64,000 bases of DNA from an uncultured Chloroflexia bacterium (lineage in GTDB: Bacteria; Chloroflexota; Anaerolineae; Anaerolineales; UBA4823), in assembly GCA_963774935.1 (NCBI GenBank), contig CAVZGO010000003.1:389262-453261 (forward strand), written 5' to 3'. The notes below the pieces were generated by a model that saw nothing but the letters and a program-made list of their open reading frames with translations, was not told the DNA's origin and did not search any database. Shown piece after piece: positions 18,638 to 28,863 of the stretch. The position numbers and the translations under genes were made by a program. The first letter of the stretch is position 1. Every line of letters begins with the position of its first letter.

Positions 18638-20827
18638 TTAAGGAATGTAATCCCTTGCTTGATCTAAAGTCAGTGGCCCAGCAATAACTTGATAAGTATC
18701 ACCGGTCAAGGTCGGTCCCTTGACGATCCATATCATCCGACCTTGATATGTGTTCAATAATTGATCATGCAAGACCAAATTCTCATCATAAGCATAGACT
18801 GGCAGGTTCTCGCGAAACTCAATTGGATTCCAAACCCAGGCACCAGCATAATCAGGATGGGATTGTCCCTGAATAAGGATCAACCCATTATTAAATAAAT
18901 ATTCTTTGGATAAACTGGCTAAATCTGGTTTCATATCCAGATAATGATAATATTTGTCAAGAGCTCTCCAAGGGAGATAATTTAAAACCGAGAGTACACA
19001 TAGAAGCACAACTGCCAGAATAACACGTACTCTTTGACCAGGCTCAACCCGCTCCTCCAACCGCTGAATGCCACGCACGCTTAAATAAATCAAAGGAATG
19101 ATTGTTAAATACCAATAACGCGCACCAAAATCAGGACCACCACTAAACCAGAATAGACTGTACAGCCCAACCAGAACGATGATGCTAATAATCATCCATC
19201 GGTCCAGCCGTGTCCAACGACCGGCAATTATTCCCAACAATACCAAGATCAAAGATCCCGCTGCCCAACCGAACAGTTCGATATTGATCGAAAAAATATT
19301 CAATGCCGCGTTCAATATGGCCTCAACAGGCTGGTAACCGGGAAGCGGGTCAATCGCCCAATTTAAGCCGCGATCCGCGCCAAAACCCAATGCATACGTA
19401 TTAATACCAAAATAACGCTGGTAGTAATCATTCAGTGGGAATAAAAAAGGATCACCCGTGACAGCACGGTTATATGGCAATACCAGACTGCCAACGACGA
19501 TTGTACTGATAATGAAGAGAATAATCGCAATTGGGCGTTTTTTCGTCCGTAACTCAGATAATAAAACCAAGAATATTATGACAGCTAATGCCAATCCGTC
19601 CATCGGGCGCACCAGACTTAAGACGCCGGTAGCCGCTCCACACACCATGATCCAGGCAATCCTCCCGGTACGAAGCACAACCAATAAGCTGGCGGCTGCC
19701 AGGAGCATAAGTGTGAGCATGAGGGTATGCGACATCCAATTCATGCCCATGTACAGGAACCAGGGAGAGGTACATAATAACAATAAAGCAAGCCTGGCAT
19801 ATAAGGGCTTGAATATTTCCTTAAAGAAAAAAGATGCCAATAGTGTGTTTATCCCTGCCAGGATTGGATTTACCAGCCATGGCAGGCCGATTTTTACACC
19901 TATTGAAAGAACTGCAGGCCATCCTGGTGGAAATGGTGAGTACCACTTTGTATCACGATACGGCACCAGGTAAAGGCGAAAGGCTTCAGGAACTTCAGGA
20001 GCATCTACCAATATTTTCCCCATTGAAAAATACTTCGCCTGGAAAAGATACATCACCTCATCTTGAATATGTGGAAATCCCTGGTAGATGAAATAATTAA
20101 TTCCTGCAGTAAATAAGAACACCCACACCGCAGCAATCACATCGAATTTGTCAACACCCTGGATTGATCTGGCCTGAGTATTTCCCTGAGTAGAAATATT
20201 GCGGTGTATCCAATCGTCAATACCTCGTATCGTATCCTCAGGAAGCACACTGATAGCCAAAATTATGTTCGCTAGATTAATGAGTTGGAGGAATGAGGCG
20301 AATAATAACTCAGACGCATAAAAAACTAAGGAGCGTGATAAAGCTGCACTCGAACCAATAAACAGAACGGAAATTAACAAAATTTGCCATACGGAGAACT
20401 GACTGGTTACCCACGACCACAAGACATGTCTGCGGCGGAGAACTGCAATACTAACACACGTAAGTTGAACCAAGATTACCAGTAAACTAAGTACGGCAAG
20501 TGAGGAAGTAGTGAGTTCACCCAACCGGTAATGTTGGTAATGAATTTTATTGCCTGCATCAATGAGCTGTAAGGCGGCAGCCTGGCCAATGAGCGCTAAT
20601 ACAGTCCATGCCCAAAATATCCTCCACCGATGCGGAGTTGTCAGACCAATTACCAGTATGCCTGCTCCCATTGCAGTGGGCAATAATATGACAGGTCGAG
20701 GCACTCCTGAAATCTGGAAATAATTGGAATTAGTCCAGGCCCAGAGAATAACCGCCAGACCAGTTGCGATGAAGGGCCAACGAAGGTTTTTCAATGATGC
20801 GTTTTCTTCAAGAGGGGAGGGCACCAA
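18638..20827 (-). CDS. Polytopic membrane protein, GT-C-like glycosyltransferase (729 aa)
   Basis: More than 14 predicted TM segments, a DE-containing first large loop (HIQDEVMYLFQAKYF) as in ArnT/PMT-type GT-C enzymes, and a soluble C-terminal domain. Confidence 0.5.
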   Translation of the reverse strand: MVPSPLEENASLKNLRWPFIATGLAVILWAWTNSNYFQISGVPRPVILLPTAMGAGILVIGLTTPHRWRIFWAWTVLALIGQAAALQLIDAGNKIHYQHYRLGELTTSSLAVLSLLVILVQLTCVSIAVLRRRHVLWSWVTSQFSVWQILLISVLFIGSSAALSRSLVFYASELLFASFLQLINLANIILAISVLPEDTIRGIDDWIHRNISTQGNTQARSIQGVDKFDVIAAVWVFLFTAGINYFIYQGFPHIQDEVMYLFQAKYFSMGKILVDAPEVPEAFRLYLVPYRDTKWYSPFPPGWPAVLSIGVKIGLPWLVNPILAGINTLLASFFFKEIFKPLYARLALLLLCTSPWFLYMGMNWMSHTLMLTLMLLAAASLLVVLRTGRIAWIMVCGAATGVLSLVRPMDGLALAVIIFLVLLSELRTKKRPIAIILFIISTIVVGSLVLPYNRAVTGDPFLFPLNDYYQRYFGINTYALGFGADRGLNWAIDPLPGYQPVEAILNAALNIFSINIELFGWAAGSLILVLLGIIAGRWTRLDRWMIISIIVLVGLYSLFWFSGGPDFGARYWYLTIIPLIYLSVRGIQRLEERVEPGQRVRVILAVVLLCVLSVLNYLPWRALDKYYHYLDMKPDLASLSKEYLFNNGLILIQGQSHPDYAGAWVWNPIEFRENLPVYAYDENLVLHDQLLNTYQGRMIWIVKGPTLTGDTYQVIAGPLTLDQARDYIP

Positions 20828-22356
20828 AGGAGAATCAAAAATATTAATACCGCCGAGATTATCCCGAGGGACGAGATGCCTACGGGCATCAAATCATTGT
20901 AGGCACCACCAAACCTGTCAATGGTTTCGAAAACAGGAAAGTTAATCCCTTCACGCATTGTGCGTATGACAGGATTCAACACTCCTAAAGTCTGCTCAAC
21001 ATCGCGATACATCGCCATTGACCATGACTGAAAGACAGATACGATAACAATAGCGCTAACGATCCATCGAGGCAGGCGCATGAGCGTGATTGATATGAGG
21101 ATGAAGAGGAATGGTATCAGTGGAGCAAGATATCGCAATCCGGTATTGAACTGGAGATAAGCAAAATTGTTCGCGCTTGAGAATATTAATAATCCGAGAA
21201 ATAATCCGATGATGAAATTCATTTCCAACCCTGGCAATAGTCGCTTCGAGCCTCGATTCACAAAAGGTGCAGCAAAACCTAGCAGTATTAAAGGACTGGT
21301 AGTGAATAAGCCATACCTGGTATCAAGCAATAGATACACAAGTAATCCCGGTTGAGGCAGACCAAATCCTTGATATCCAAAATCACTGTAGGATGTATCT
21401 GGCATCCAGTATTGGGCGGGTAAGAAAGGATTACCAAAACTCTGCCACTGGTAATACCATAACAAAAAGATGGGGAGCAAAGCTCCTATTATGAAAAAGC
21501 CTGTCAGCCGTGGGATTACTTCCTTAGGATTGCTCTGATGCCCCTTCACAATCCCGTAAATGAACAATCCCACCAGGAATACTACTCCGCTGTAATCAAA
21601 CAGAACCGCCATACCACCTGCCAGCCCAGCCAACAGATATCGCCAACGGTTGTGTAGGTTGATGATTCCATCGGGATTCCATAAAATAATAAATCCAAAA
21701 AAGGAAATCAAGCCCAGCATCAAATTCTGGTTGAGGGTTCCAGTACGGAAAAACACCGGGGTACCAAATGCATATAGCAAAGCTAAGAATAATGCCGTCC
21801 GGTCCACACGGAAAATACTGCGCATCACATAAAAAATCACTACTGCACTAAAAGCTGATACTGGTGCCATACAAAGCATCTGCATTACCATTGCAGCCAT
21901 CGCAAACTTCACATCATAGCCCCTGCGCCATGCCTCAGTATAGAATTGTCGCGCCAAAGGCCACGGAGAGGCATATTGAGGTGGCTCGGTTTGTCCAGCA
22001 GTTACCCTTGCCTGGTTTATCCTCTCGACAACCCAATTTATTCCAGGGCGGAAAATCGTGTAGGGAATAGCCGCTACAAAAGACACACCGGGATTATTGT
22101 TTATATGCCAGCCATAACCAGGTTTTTCAAATATGTCGGGGTGCAAGCCAGCATACTCATCCAGGCGAAAGCTCAGATGATCACCTAGCGCCAGAGCAGG
22201 ATAAATCTCTCGCACTATATTCGTGGCAAAGTGCACGCTGTATATCATCCAGCAGGTAAGGAATAATCGCAGGGCGATTCCATTTGTTGGAATTTTCCAA
22301 GTCTGAATCTCTGGATCAGGTCGACTCAATGAAGCAATCTCGTCTGTCTCAGCCAT
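20791..22356 (-). CDS. Polytopic membrane protein of unknown function (possible GT-C / polymerase-like)
   Basis: Long hydrophobic ORF. Start placed at the internal Met (MAETDEIASL) to limit overlap with the flippase gene. Confidence 0.45.
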   Translation of the reverse strand: MAETDEIASLSRPDPEIQTWKIPTNGIALRLFLTCWMIYSVHFATNIVREIYPALALGDHLSFRLDEYAGLHPDIFEKPGYGWHINNNPGVSFVAAIPYTIFRPGINWVVERINQARVTAGQTEPPQYASPWPLARQFYTEAWRRGYDVKFAMAAMVMQMLCMAPVSAFSAVVIFYVMRSIFRVDRTALFLALLYAFGTPVFFRTGTLNQNLMLGLISFFGFIILWNPDGIINLHNRWRYLLAGLAGGMAVLFDYSGVVFLVGLFIYGIVKGHQSNPKEVIPRLTGFFIIGALLPIFLLWYYQWQSFGNPFLPAQYWMPDTSYSDFGYQGFGLPQPGLLVYLLLDTRYGLFTTSPLILLGFAAPFVNRGSKRLLPGLEMNFIIGLFLGLLIFSSANNFAYLQFNTGLRYLAPLIPFLFILISITLMRLPRWIVSAIVIVSVFQSWSMAMYRDVEQTLGVLNPVIRTMREGINFPVFETIDRFGGAYNDLMPVGISSLGIISAVLIFLILLWCPPLLKKTHH

Positions 22357-23765
22357 GAACGAATCTCTCTCTCCCCACTTACAAAGAGAACAAGTAAATA
22401 AATCAAAACCCCGCAGATAGCCTGTAGCAGCCAGAACAACCTGCCGGATAATAACATCCAAACCAACAATGCCGCTGAAGCCAAGACCGGATGCAAGAGT
22501 GCTTTAATTAACTCAATTCTTGATACTCGCAGATTGTACAAAGTGCCAGCGAGGCTGAACCAAACCAATTCAGAGATGAGGGTAGCTGCCGCGGCTCCAT
22601 TAATTCCATAACGCGGGATTAATGCGAGATTCAAGGACAGATTTATGGTTATTGCGATCCCCGCAGCAATTAAATCCAGGCGCTGCGCACCAGCAGCGGT
22701 TAATGCCTGGCGAAAATTTCCGCGCAGTATGACTATCGTTAAGGACCAGCACAGGATCTGCAAGGCAGGGATTGAGGCGCGATATTTGTCCCCATAAATC
22801 AACATAATAACTGGATCAGCGAGAAAATATAACCCGATGCCAGCCGGCAAAGCGAATAAAGCGGTTAGATGGAGTGACTGGTTTACCAATTCACGATACA
22901 CCGGCGTGTTTTCCTTGAATTGACGAGATAACGCCGGGAACAGACCTGAATAATAAGCAGCAGAGAAGGAGAGTAAGATGGTAACTGGTTTATATGCAGC
23001 GCTGTACCAGCCCACTGCCAGTGCACTCATTAAGTAACCGATCAAAATCGTATCCAGGTTATAACCCATCAACCCCAAACCGTTTGAGATGCCCAATGGA
23101 GCTGCATCTCTTACTATGATAGAGCTCTTAGCCAACCGAAATTTAATTGCTTTCCAGTCATTAGCCAGGATAAATTCCCAACAGAAATAAACAGCCATAC
23201 TAATTTCAGAAGCCAGGCGGATAATCGGTACCCAAAATATGGATGTCGCTCCACGGATAAATATAAAGATGGCTAGTGAAAACACCACCTGGCCCAGGAT
23301 TAAACCAACCGCTACTCTCGGCATGCGTTCTTTGCCCAATGAAGTCCATTTTAAATTCAGGGCTTGAGCAAATAATGTCAAGCCAAACAATATCAGCATT
23401 TTTTCCAACCCAGCCACATCGGGGATGAAAGGAAGCAAAATTAACAGAAGCAGAAAGGACGCACCTGCCATAACTAGCCGCAGGGGAACGATCCGTGAAA
23501 CCAGATCTGGTAAATGATTTCCTTGTGCAACCGACCTGATAGCCCACTGCTCTATTCCGAAATCTGCGATCATTTGAAAATATGTCAACAGTGCAATCGC
23601 CAGCTCGACGACCCCATAAGCGGCAACTCCCAACGTTCGAGCTAGATAAATGAATGCCAGGAAATTCAACATCCTGGCAAAAATATCACCTGCAGTTATC
23701 CAGGCTATATTTTTATAAGGAAATTGCACGCTACCGCCAATTGATAAGCCGAACCCAGTATGCAC
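22326..23765 (-). CDS. Oligosaccharide flippase (Wzx / MOP superfamily)
   Basis: 479 aa with about 12-14 TM segments. The N-terminal pattern ...ARMLNFLAFIYLARTLGVAAYG is typical of polysaccharide biosynthesis (PST) proteins. Confidence 0.7.
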   Translation of the reverse strand: MHTGFGLSIGGSVQFPYKNIAWITAGDIFARMLNFLAFIYLARTLGVAAYGVVELAIALLTYFQMIADFGIEQWAIRSVAQGNHLPDLVSRIVPLRLVMAGASFLLLLILLPFIPDVAGLEKMLILFGLTLFAQALNLKWTSLGKERMPRVAVGLILGQVVFSLAIFIFIRGATSIFWVPIIRLASEISMAVYFCWEFILANDWKAIKFRLAKSSIIVRDAAPLGISNGLGLMGYNLDTILIGYLMSALAVGWYSAAYKPVTILLSFSAAYYSGLFPALSRQFKENTPVYRELVNQSLHLTALFALPAGIGLYFLADPVIMLIYGDKYRASIPALQILCWSLTIVILRGNFRQALTAAGAQRLDLIAAGIAITINLSLNLALIPRYGINGAAAATLISELVWFSLAGTLYNLRVSRIELIKALLHPVLASAALLVWMLLSGRLFWLLQAICGVLIYLLVLFVSGEREIRSWLRQTRLLH

Positions 23766-23767
23766 AC

Positions 23768-24790
23768 TTAATTCGAATTCGAAGCTGTAACGATTAGCAT
23801 GGGACCGATCTTGAGTAGAAGATCCCGGATAATTGGTTTGTCCCGGAATTTATTATAAATATCGACCAACTGTCCCCCGACGCCTCGCATACCACGCCTT
23901 TGCGCTGGCGATATTTCTGGCAAGAATATGTAGAGACTCCGAAAGCCGGCATCTCGCAACAATACCTCTAATTGGGTTCGTGAGAGCAACCGGCGCCTTG
24001 GGGGGATACCACCCTGGCGAGTAACCAATTTCGCCACTACGCTGGCAGGCAATAAGCTGCCTGCCCATATACCTGTTTGAGGATCGGGACCGAGGCTATA
24101 CCGGTTAGGTGTAGTCAAAAATAAATAGCCTGCATCTTTAAGAACCCGACGACATTCACCGAAAGAACTTGCTTGATCTTCTAAGTGCTCGATTGTTGAT
24201 TCACTTCCAATTCGATCAAAGGATTTTTCTGGAAATGGCAGTGCCTCAGCGCAGGCACAGATCAATGGTAAATCCAAGCCTGCTTCGCAAAGTCGCTTCT
24301 TGGCCATAATTAGCCAGCGCAATGCAATGTCTACTCCCACAACCTGCGAATATTTACTCGAAGCAGCTACCAATAAGGAACCTGTCCCACAACCGATTTC
24401 TAAGAAGCTGCTGTTACCAGCTGTTCCTTGACCAGCAGTCCACACCTCCCATTCTGACAACGCAGCCTGGGAACGCCCTTCCCCGGCAAGCACACTGCGT
24501 TTGTATAATCTCGCCTGCTCAGGCGTTACAACTTGTGTGGACTGGTAGTAGAAATCGAGAAAGCTGACGAAATCGTACTGCTCCGATCGCGCTGTCAGGT
24601 AGATTGCTTTCTCTCGATCCGCATCTATGCCAATATAGGAGTCTGGAAACACCCTAAAGTCTGGTATACCCTCTATAATGGGGTAGACCTGCTGGCAAGC
24701 CACGCAGGCGAATTGCTGAGAAGCTTGTAAATCGGCGATCAAGGCGCCTTTACAATGTGGGCAAACAATTTCAACCCCCTTAAATTGCAT
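23768..24790 (-). CDS. Class I SAM-dependent methyltransferase with N-terminal Trm112-like zinc ribbon
   Basis: CPHCKG...CVACQQVYPIIEGIPDF zinc ribbon, then the LEIGCGTGS SAM motif I. Confidence 0.75.
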   Translation of the reverse strand: MQFKGVEIVCPHCKGALIADLQASQQFACVACQQVYPIIEGIPDFRVFPDSYIGIDADREKAIYLTARSEQYDFVSFLDFYYQSTQVVTPEQARLYKRSVLAGEGRSQAALSEWEVWTAGQGTAGNSSFLEIGCGTGSLLVAASSKYSQVVGVDIALRWLIMAKKRLCEAGLDLPLICACAEALPFPEKSFDRIGSESTIEHLEDQASSFGECRRVLKDAGYLFLTTPNRYSLGPDPQTGIWAGSLLPASVVAKLVTRQGGIPPRRRLLSRTQLEVLLRDAGFRSLYIFLPEISPAQRRGMRGVGGQLVDIYNKFRDKPIIRDLLLKIGPMLIVTASNSN

Positions 24791-26803
24791 CTAGTTCCTC
24801 TTCCCTTTCCCTGGTACGCCCGTCAGATACCCGGTCATTTCACCCAACCCCCAAAATAATGATAACAAGATGAGGAATGGGGATGACCGGAGATATTCTT
24901 TAAAATATCGTTTTTTTTGCATCATTTGTCGAGCAGTCCGATAAACCAGTAGAAAAGGTACCAACAGCGAACCAACCAGATAGATAAGCCGTTTTCTGAG
25001 CGGGACCATCCGCACTCGGGTACTGGCAAATAACCTGCCGAACGCGAATCGATCAGCCAGAGCCCCTTTCAAATGAAAACTGCGCTGCTGATGAACCACT
25101 ATGTTCGGCGTAAGCCAGAGTAGATCGCCTTTTCTTTGAAGATACTCATTTACCTCATTCTCGTGAAATTCATCTTTCCATACATCTTTGATTTCATTCA
25201 AAGCCGAACGTTTATAAGTTGCATTTAAGTCCGTCAAGCTGTGCACCAACCCACCTGACAATGGCTTCATATACCGGAGATAGTCAGCAAAATAAACCGC
25301 CCAATTCAGTGCGGAATCAGGGGTCTCTTTTTCAACCGCTCCGCCAATGCCGGAATATGTCTGGTTATGGGATTTCATTATCTGCAAACACCAATCTGGA
25401 TCAGGTATGCAGTGATCTTCAGTGATGGCTACAATACGACCTCCGGACATCTGAACCGCATGACTTCGCAGAGTTGCGTAGGTATAACGACCAGGCAGAA
25501 CTTCGACCGTGATTTGGGGAAATTCACCAGTAATCTCTTTTACCTCCGCCATCCTTTCATCTGAAACCACAATAACTTCTGCACTATATCCATCCAGTGC
25601 AAATCCCTCCAACTGTGAGCGCAAGGCTGCCAGGCAGCGCCGCAGAATCTCTCCGCCCTTCAAAACAACAACGATGATCGAGAGATTTATAACCAATTTA
25701 TTGATATCTTCATGGGATTTACTGGAATCGACAGCAAGTTGAGAATCGGCTTCACTAACACCAAAATTAGGCGTAGCGATTCCGGCTCGCCCATTTTTCT
25801 TCTCATACCAACTGGCTGACTCAGCGATCCGGATGGCGCGCGCCCCATCCGCACCTGTTGCTACCACTGAAGGCAGCCCTGATGCCGCAGATTGGAATTC
25901 GGTGAATTCGGCTATGAAACTTTGCTCCACTATCCAACGATAAGAACGCAGGTGTTCCATCAAAAATACTTTGGGAAAATTGTAAGTTGTTGATCGCGAC
26001 CTGCCGCCTCGATACTCTGCCCATTGGACCTGTGTACGCATCGGGAAACAAGAAATTTGGATGATTCCTTTATAGCCATAAATTTCTAGCAGGAACCTGT
26101 ACCCCTTCCACTCAGTCCAGGAGGCTTGTAGACTTGCAATCCGTCCATCTTGATTACGCAAGAGTAGAAATCCATTGTCTTCAATCCCCTGAAATCCCCA
26201 TATCGCTCCAGATGCAAATCCTTCAGCCTCCACAACGTTTCCGAGGAAGAAGGCTGTCAGGTCAATCAAATGGGTACCGTTATCCCAGAGTGCCCCGCCT
26301 CCCATTACACTCGCTTCGTGCAGCCAGGACTGGCTGTGATCTGCTGCAGTATAACCGGCATAACTGCGAATGTGATCCAGCTCACCAATTCGACCAGATG
26401 CCAGGAGATCGCGAGCCTTCATCACAGAAGGATAAAATCGGTAATTGAAACCTGTCGCCAGGAACCGACCAGCTTGTTGTGCTGCATCAACCATCGATTG
26501 ACATTCAAGACTGCTGCGCGCCAGCGGTTTCTCGCATAACACATGCTTCCCAGCCTGCAGTGCAGCTATCGTGAGCTCTGCATGCGAGTCAGGCGGCGTT
26601 GAGACAACCACAGCATCGATATCATCACTCATCACCAGATCAGCCCACGTGGGCATAACCTCTGCAGAAACAAGCTGCGCTAATTGTTTCGACCGGTTGG
26701 ACTCGATGTCAAACAACGCCACGAGCTGTGCTCCCGGGGTTTGTCGTAAAGCCTTCGCTCTGAGTGTCCCGATACCACCACAACCAATTAAGCCATATCG
26801 CAT
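24791..26803 (-). CDS. Fusion protein: Gfo/Idh/MocA NAD(P)-oxidoreductase + GT-A (family 2-like) glycosyltransferase + C-terminal TM helices
   Basis: The N-terminus has MRYGLIGCGGIG...EKPLA, the Gfo/Idh/MocA pattern. From about aa 370 there is LSIIVVVLKGGEILRRCLAAL...VVSD...ITEDH (GT2-like). The tail is hydrophobic. Confidence 0.7.
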   Translation of the reverse strand: MRYGLIGCGGIGTLRAKALRQTPGAQLVALFDIESNRSKQLAQLVSAEVMPTWADLVMSDDIDAVVVSTPPDSHAELTIAALQAGKHVLCEKPLARSSLECQSMVDAAQQAGRFLATGFNYRFYPSVMKARDLLASGRIGELDHIRSYAGYTAADHSQSWLHEASVMGGGALWDNGTHLIDLTAFFLGNVVEAEGFASGAIWGFQGIEDNGFLLLRNQDGRIASLQASWTEWKGYRFLLEIYGYKGIIQISCFPMRTQVQWAEYRGGRSRSTTYNFPKVFLMEHLRSYRWIVEQSFIAEFTEFQSAASGLPSVVATGADGARAIRIAESASWYEKKNGRAGIATPNFGVSEADSQLAVDSSKSHEDINKLVINLSIIVVVLKGGEILRRCLAALRSQLEGFALDGYSAEVIVVSDERMAEVKEITGEFPQITVEVLPGRYTYATLRSHAVQMSGGRIVAITEDHCIPDPDWCLQIMKSHNQTYSGIGGAVEKETPDSALNWAVYFADYLRYMKPLSGGLVHSLTDLNATYKRSALNEIKDVWKDEFHENEVNEYLQRKGDLLWLTPNIVVHQQRSFHLKGALADRFAFGRLFASTRVRMVPLRKRLIYLVGSLLVPFLLVYRTARQMMQKKRYFKEYLRSSPFLILLSLFWGLGEMTGYLTGVPGKGKRN

Positions 26804-26833
26804 CTAAAGTTTTATCTCCCTTCAATCCATCAT

Positions 26834-28258
26834 TTAGTCTTCTACAACATGGGTGTCAAAAATCTGGCGATAATTCTGCCATTTATGAGCATCGAATTTA
26901 CCAGCCTGGTCCAGACAGTCCACCGCGCAATATGCCATATAGAGGGCGTGGTGGGTATTATCGTGGGCGAACAATCCCTGCCTGCCGAATGATATGACTC
27001 CTGTCTGGTTTCCGACCCATTCATCTATAGCCTGGAAATATGCCTCGTATCCTTTTCGGTATATCGGGTATGCATATCGCAGCCTGCGGACGGTAACACC
27101 CAGAACCTCCGATTTCACTGGAATCCCAGCCAGGTTTAAAGCTCGGCATACCAGCTCTCCTAAATCTGCATTGCTCAATTCCCAGTAGGCATCATCTGGG
27201 TTGCATGGCAATTCCGCACAAATCACCGTACAATCATTTGGTGCGGTGGCGCCCCGGTAATTCTTAGGCTCAGAAAGTCGAGTGATTGGAATGTCGGCGC
27301 CAGGCAAATAATGCGCATCATACTCACTGAATAGAGTCTGATCCAATGTCAGGTAGATAAGAACCATTGATCTGAAATCGATATTACGCGCTGCCCGAAG
27401 TATTGATTCTGGAGGTGCAGGCTGGAGGATACGCGCCAGTGATGTTATCGGGATAGTAGACCAAATCTGGTTTGCGTGGATTTCGGTAATTTCTCCAGAG
27501 TATACATGCCGAACCAGATAACCTGCATCCGAGTGATGGCTGATCGATTCGATTTGGCTGTTAAGCATGACAGAAACACCAGCCGATTGCGCACTCTCCA
27601 ACAATGCATTCGAAATCTGCCCAAAACCATGGCGGGGATAATAGAACTTACCACTCAGCGGAGGACGGTTGCCCGGAAGGGAAGCAAATACTTTACGCGC
27701 CATTTTCCCAAACGATCCCGCTGAGACGCGCCGGAGTGCCTGGACTGCAGATAGTTCATCCGGATCCATCCCCCATATCTTCTGGGCGTACGGAAAGTAA
27801 AAATCTCGGCAGATCGTTTTACCCAGCCCAGACTCCATAACGGTAGCAAAACTCATCTCATTCGCATTGGATGGAAGGTGACCGAGTATTTTTCGCATTA
27901 CATCTCGGGCAACCCCCAGCGTGAAACTTAGCGGCAGATGCACCGCCAGGTCGGCAGGCTTTAGCGGAAAATGTATCCATTTACCCTTTAACAATATCCT
28001 GCCGTGACGCGGCCGGATGAGCAGATCATCACCCAGCACCTGTTTAAGATCAGCCATTACCTGGAGGTCACAGGATGGATGTAACCGGTGGCTGCCGAAA
28101 TCTACCGGTATGCCATCGATCTCAAACGATCCGGCATTACCTCCCACTTGGTCATTTTTTTCCAACACTGTGACTTGAAAATTGTGTTTACGCGCTAACC
28201 GGCTTGCTGCTCCTAAACCCGCTGGCCCTGCCCCTAAGATCACGATATGGGGAATCAT
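26834..28258 (-). CDS. FAD-dependent oxidoreductase, soluble paralog of 14261-16123
   Basis: IVILGAGPAGLGAASRL...LEKNDQVGGN...GSHRLH, the same family signature as the other enzyme but without the membrane tail. Confidence 0.7.
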   Translation of the reverse strand: MIPHIVILGAGPAGLGAASRLARKHNFQVTVLEKNDQVGGNAGSFEIDGIPVDFGSHRLHPSCDLQVMADLKQVLGDDLLIRPRHGRILLKGKWIHFPLKPADLAVHLPLSFTLGVARDVMRKILGHLPSNANEMSFATVMESGLGKTICRDFYFPYAQKIWGMDPDELSAVQALRRVSAGSFGKMARKVFASLPGNRPPLSGKFYYPRHGFGQISNALLESAQSAGVSVMLNSQIESISHHSDAGYLVRHVYSGEITEIHANQIWSTIPITSLARILQPAPPESILRAARNIDFRSMVLIYLTLDQTLFSEYDAHYLPGADIPITRLSEPKNYRGATAPNDCTVICAELPCNPDDAYWELSNADLGELVCRALNLAGIPVKSEVLGVTVRRLRYAYPIYRKGYEAYFQAIDEWVGNQTGVISFGRQGLFAHDNTHHALYMAYCAVDCLDQAGKFDAHKWQNYRQIFDTHVVED

Positions 28259-28863
28259 ATAATATATGGTAGGAACATTTTGGTCCGCCGCTGGTATTCT
28301 GGATATTGCGGGAATGCCTCAACCAGGAGTTTCTCTTCGGCGTTTGCCTGTCGGTAGATCACAATTGCCAGCGGAAGAACTATCAAGACCAGCCAGGAAT
28401 TCAATGCCAGCTCAAGACCCAGAACGAGCAAGAAATCTCCGCTGTAGATCGGGTGGCGGATAAAACGGTAAATTCCAGCATCCACTAACTGTTGATGACT
28501 GAGCACCTGAGCGTCTTCAAGATTGACCCAATTATTACCTAGCTGAATTCGACCAACAATCGCCAGTACCAGACCCAGGGTATAAATCCCAATTCCAATC
28601 ATTCTGATTGCATTCGGATTATCTGTAATGGGAAACAAACTATCAAGAAATAATGTTTGGATGACCAGAAAAACCAGGAAGGCTATTTTGATCACCTTCA
28701 TCAGGTTGCTCAGGCTCCAGGACCAGGGCGTATGCTCAGGCGCTCGTGATCCGGATTGGCGCTTCAACACCTCCCATACGAGCTTATGAATCAACATCCC
28801 AATGAACAGGTATATCTGGTAGAGCTCAGGAATTTCCATCAGACTGCTCTTCTGAGTCCTCAT
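28255..28863 (-). CDS. Isoprenylcysteine carboxyl methyltransferase (ICMT/PEMT) family membrane methyltransferase
   Basis: RHPIYSGDFLLVLG motif in a 5-TM protein. It overlaps its neighbours on both sides. Confidence 0.7.
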   Translation of the reverse strand: MRTQKSSLMEIPELYQIYLFIGMLIHKLVWEVLKRQSGSRAPEHTPWSWSLSNLMKVIKIAFLVFLVIQTLFLDSLFPITDNPNAIRMIGIGIYTLGLVLAIVGRIQLGNNWVNLEDAQVLSHQQLVDAGIYRFIRHPIYSGDFLLVLGLELALNSWLVLIVLPLAIVIYRQANAEEKLLVEAFPQYPEYQRRTKMFLPYII

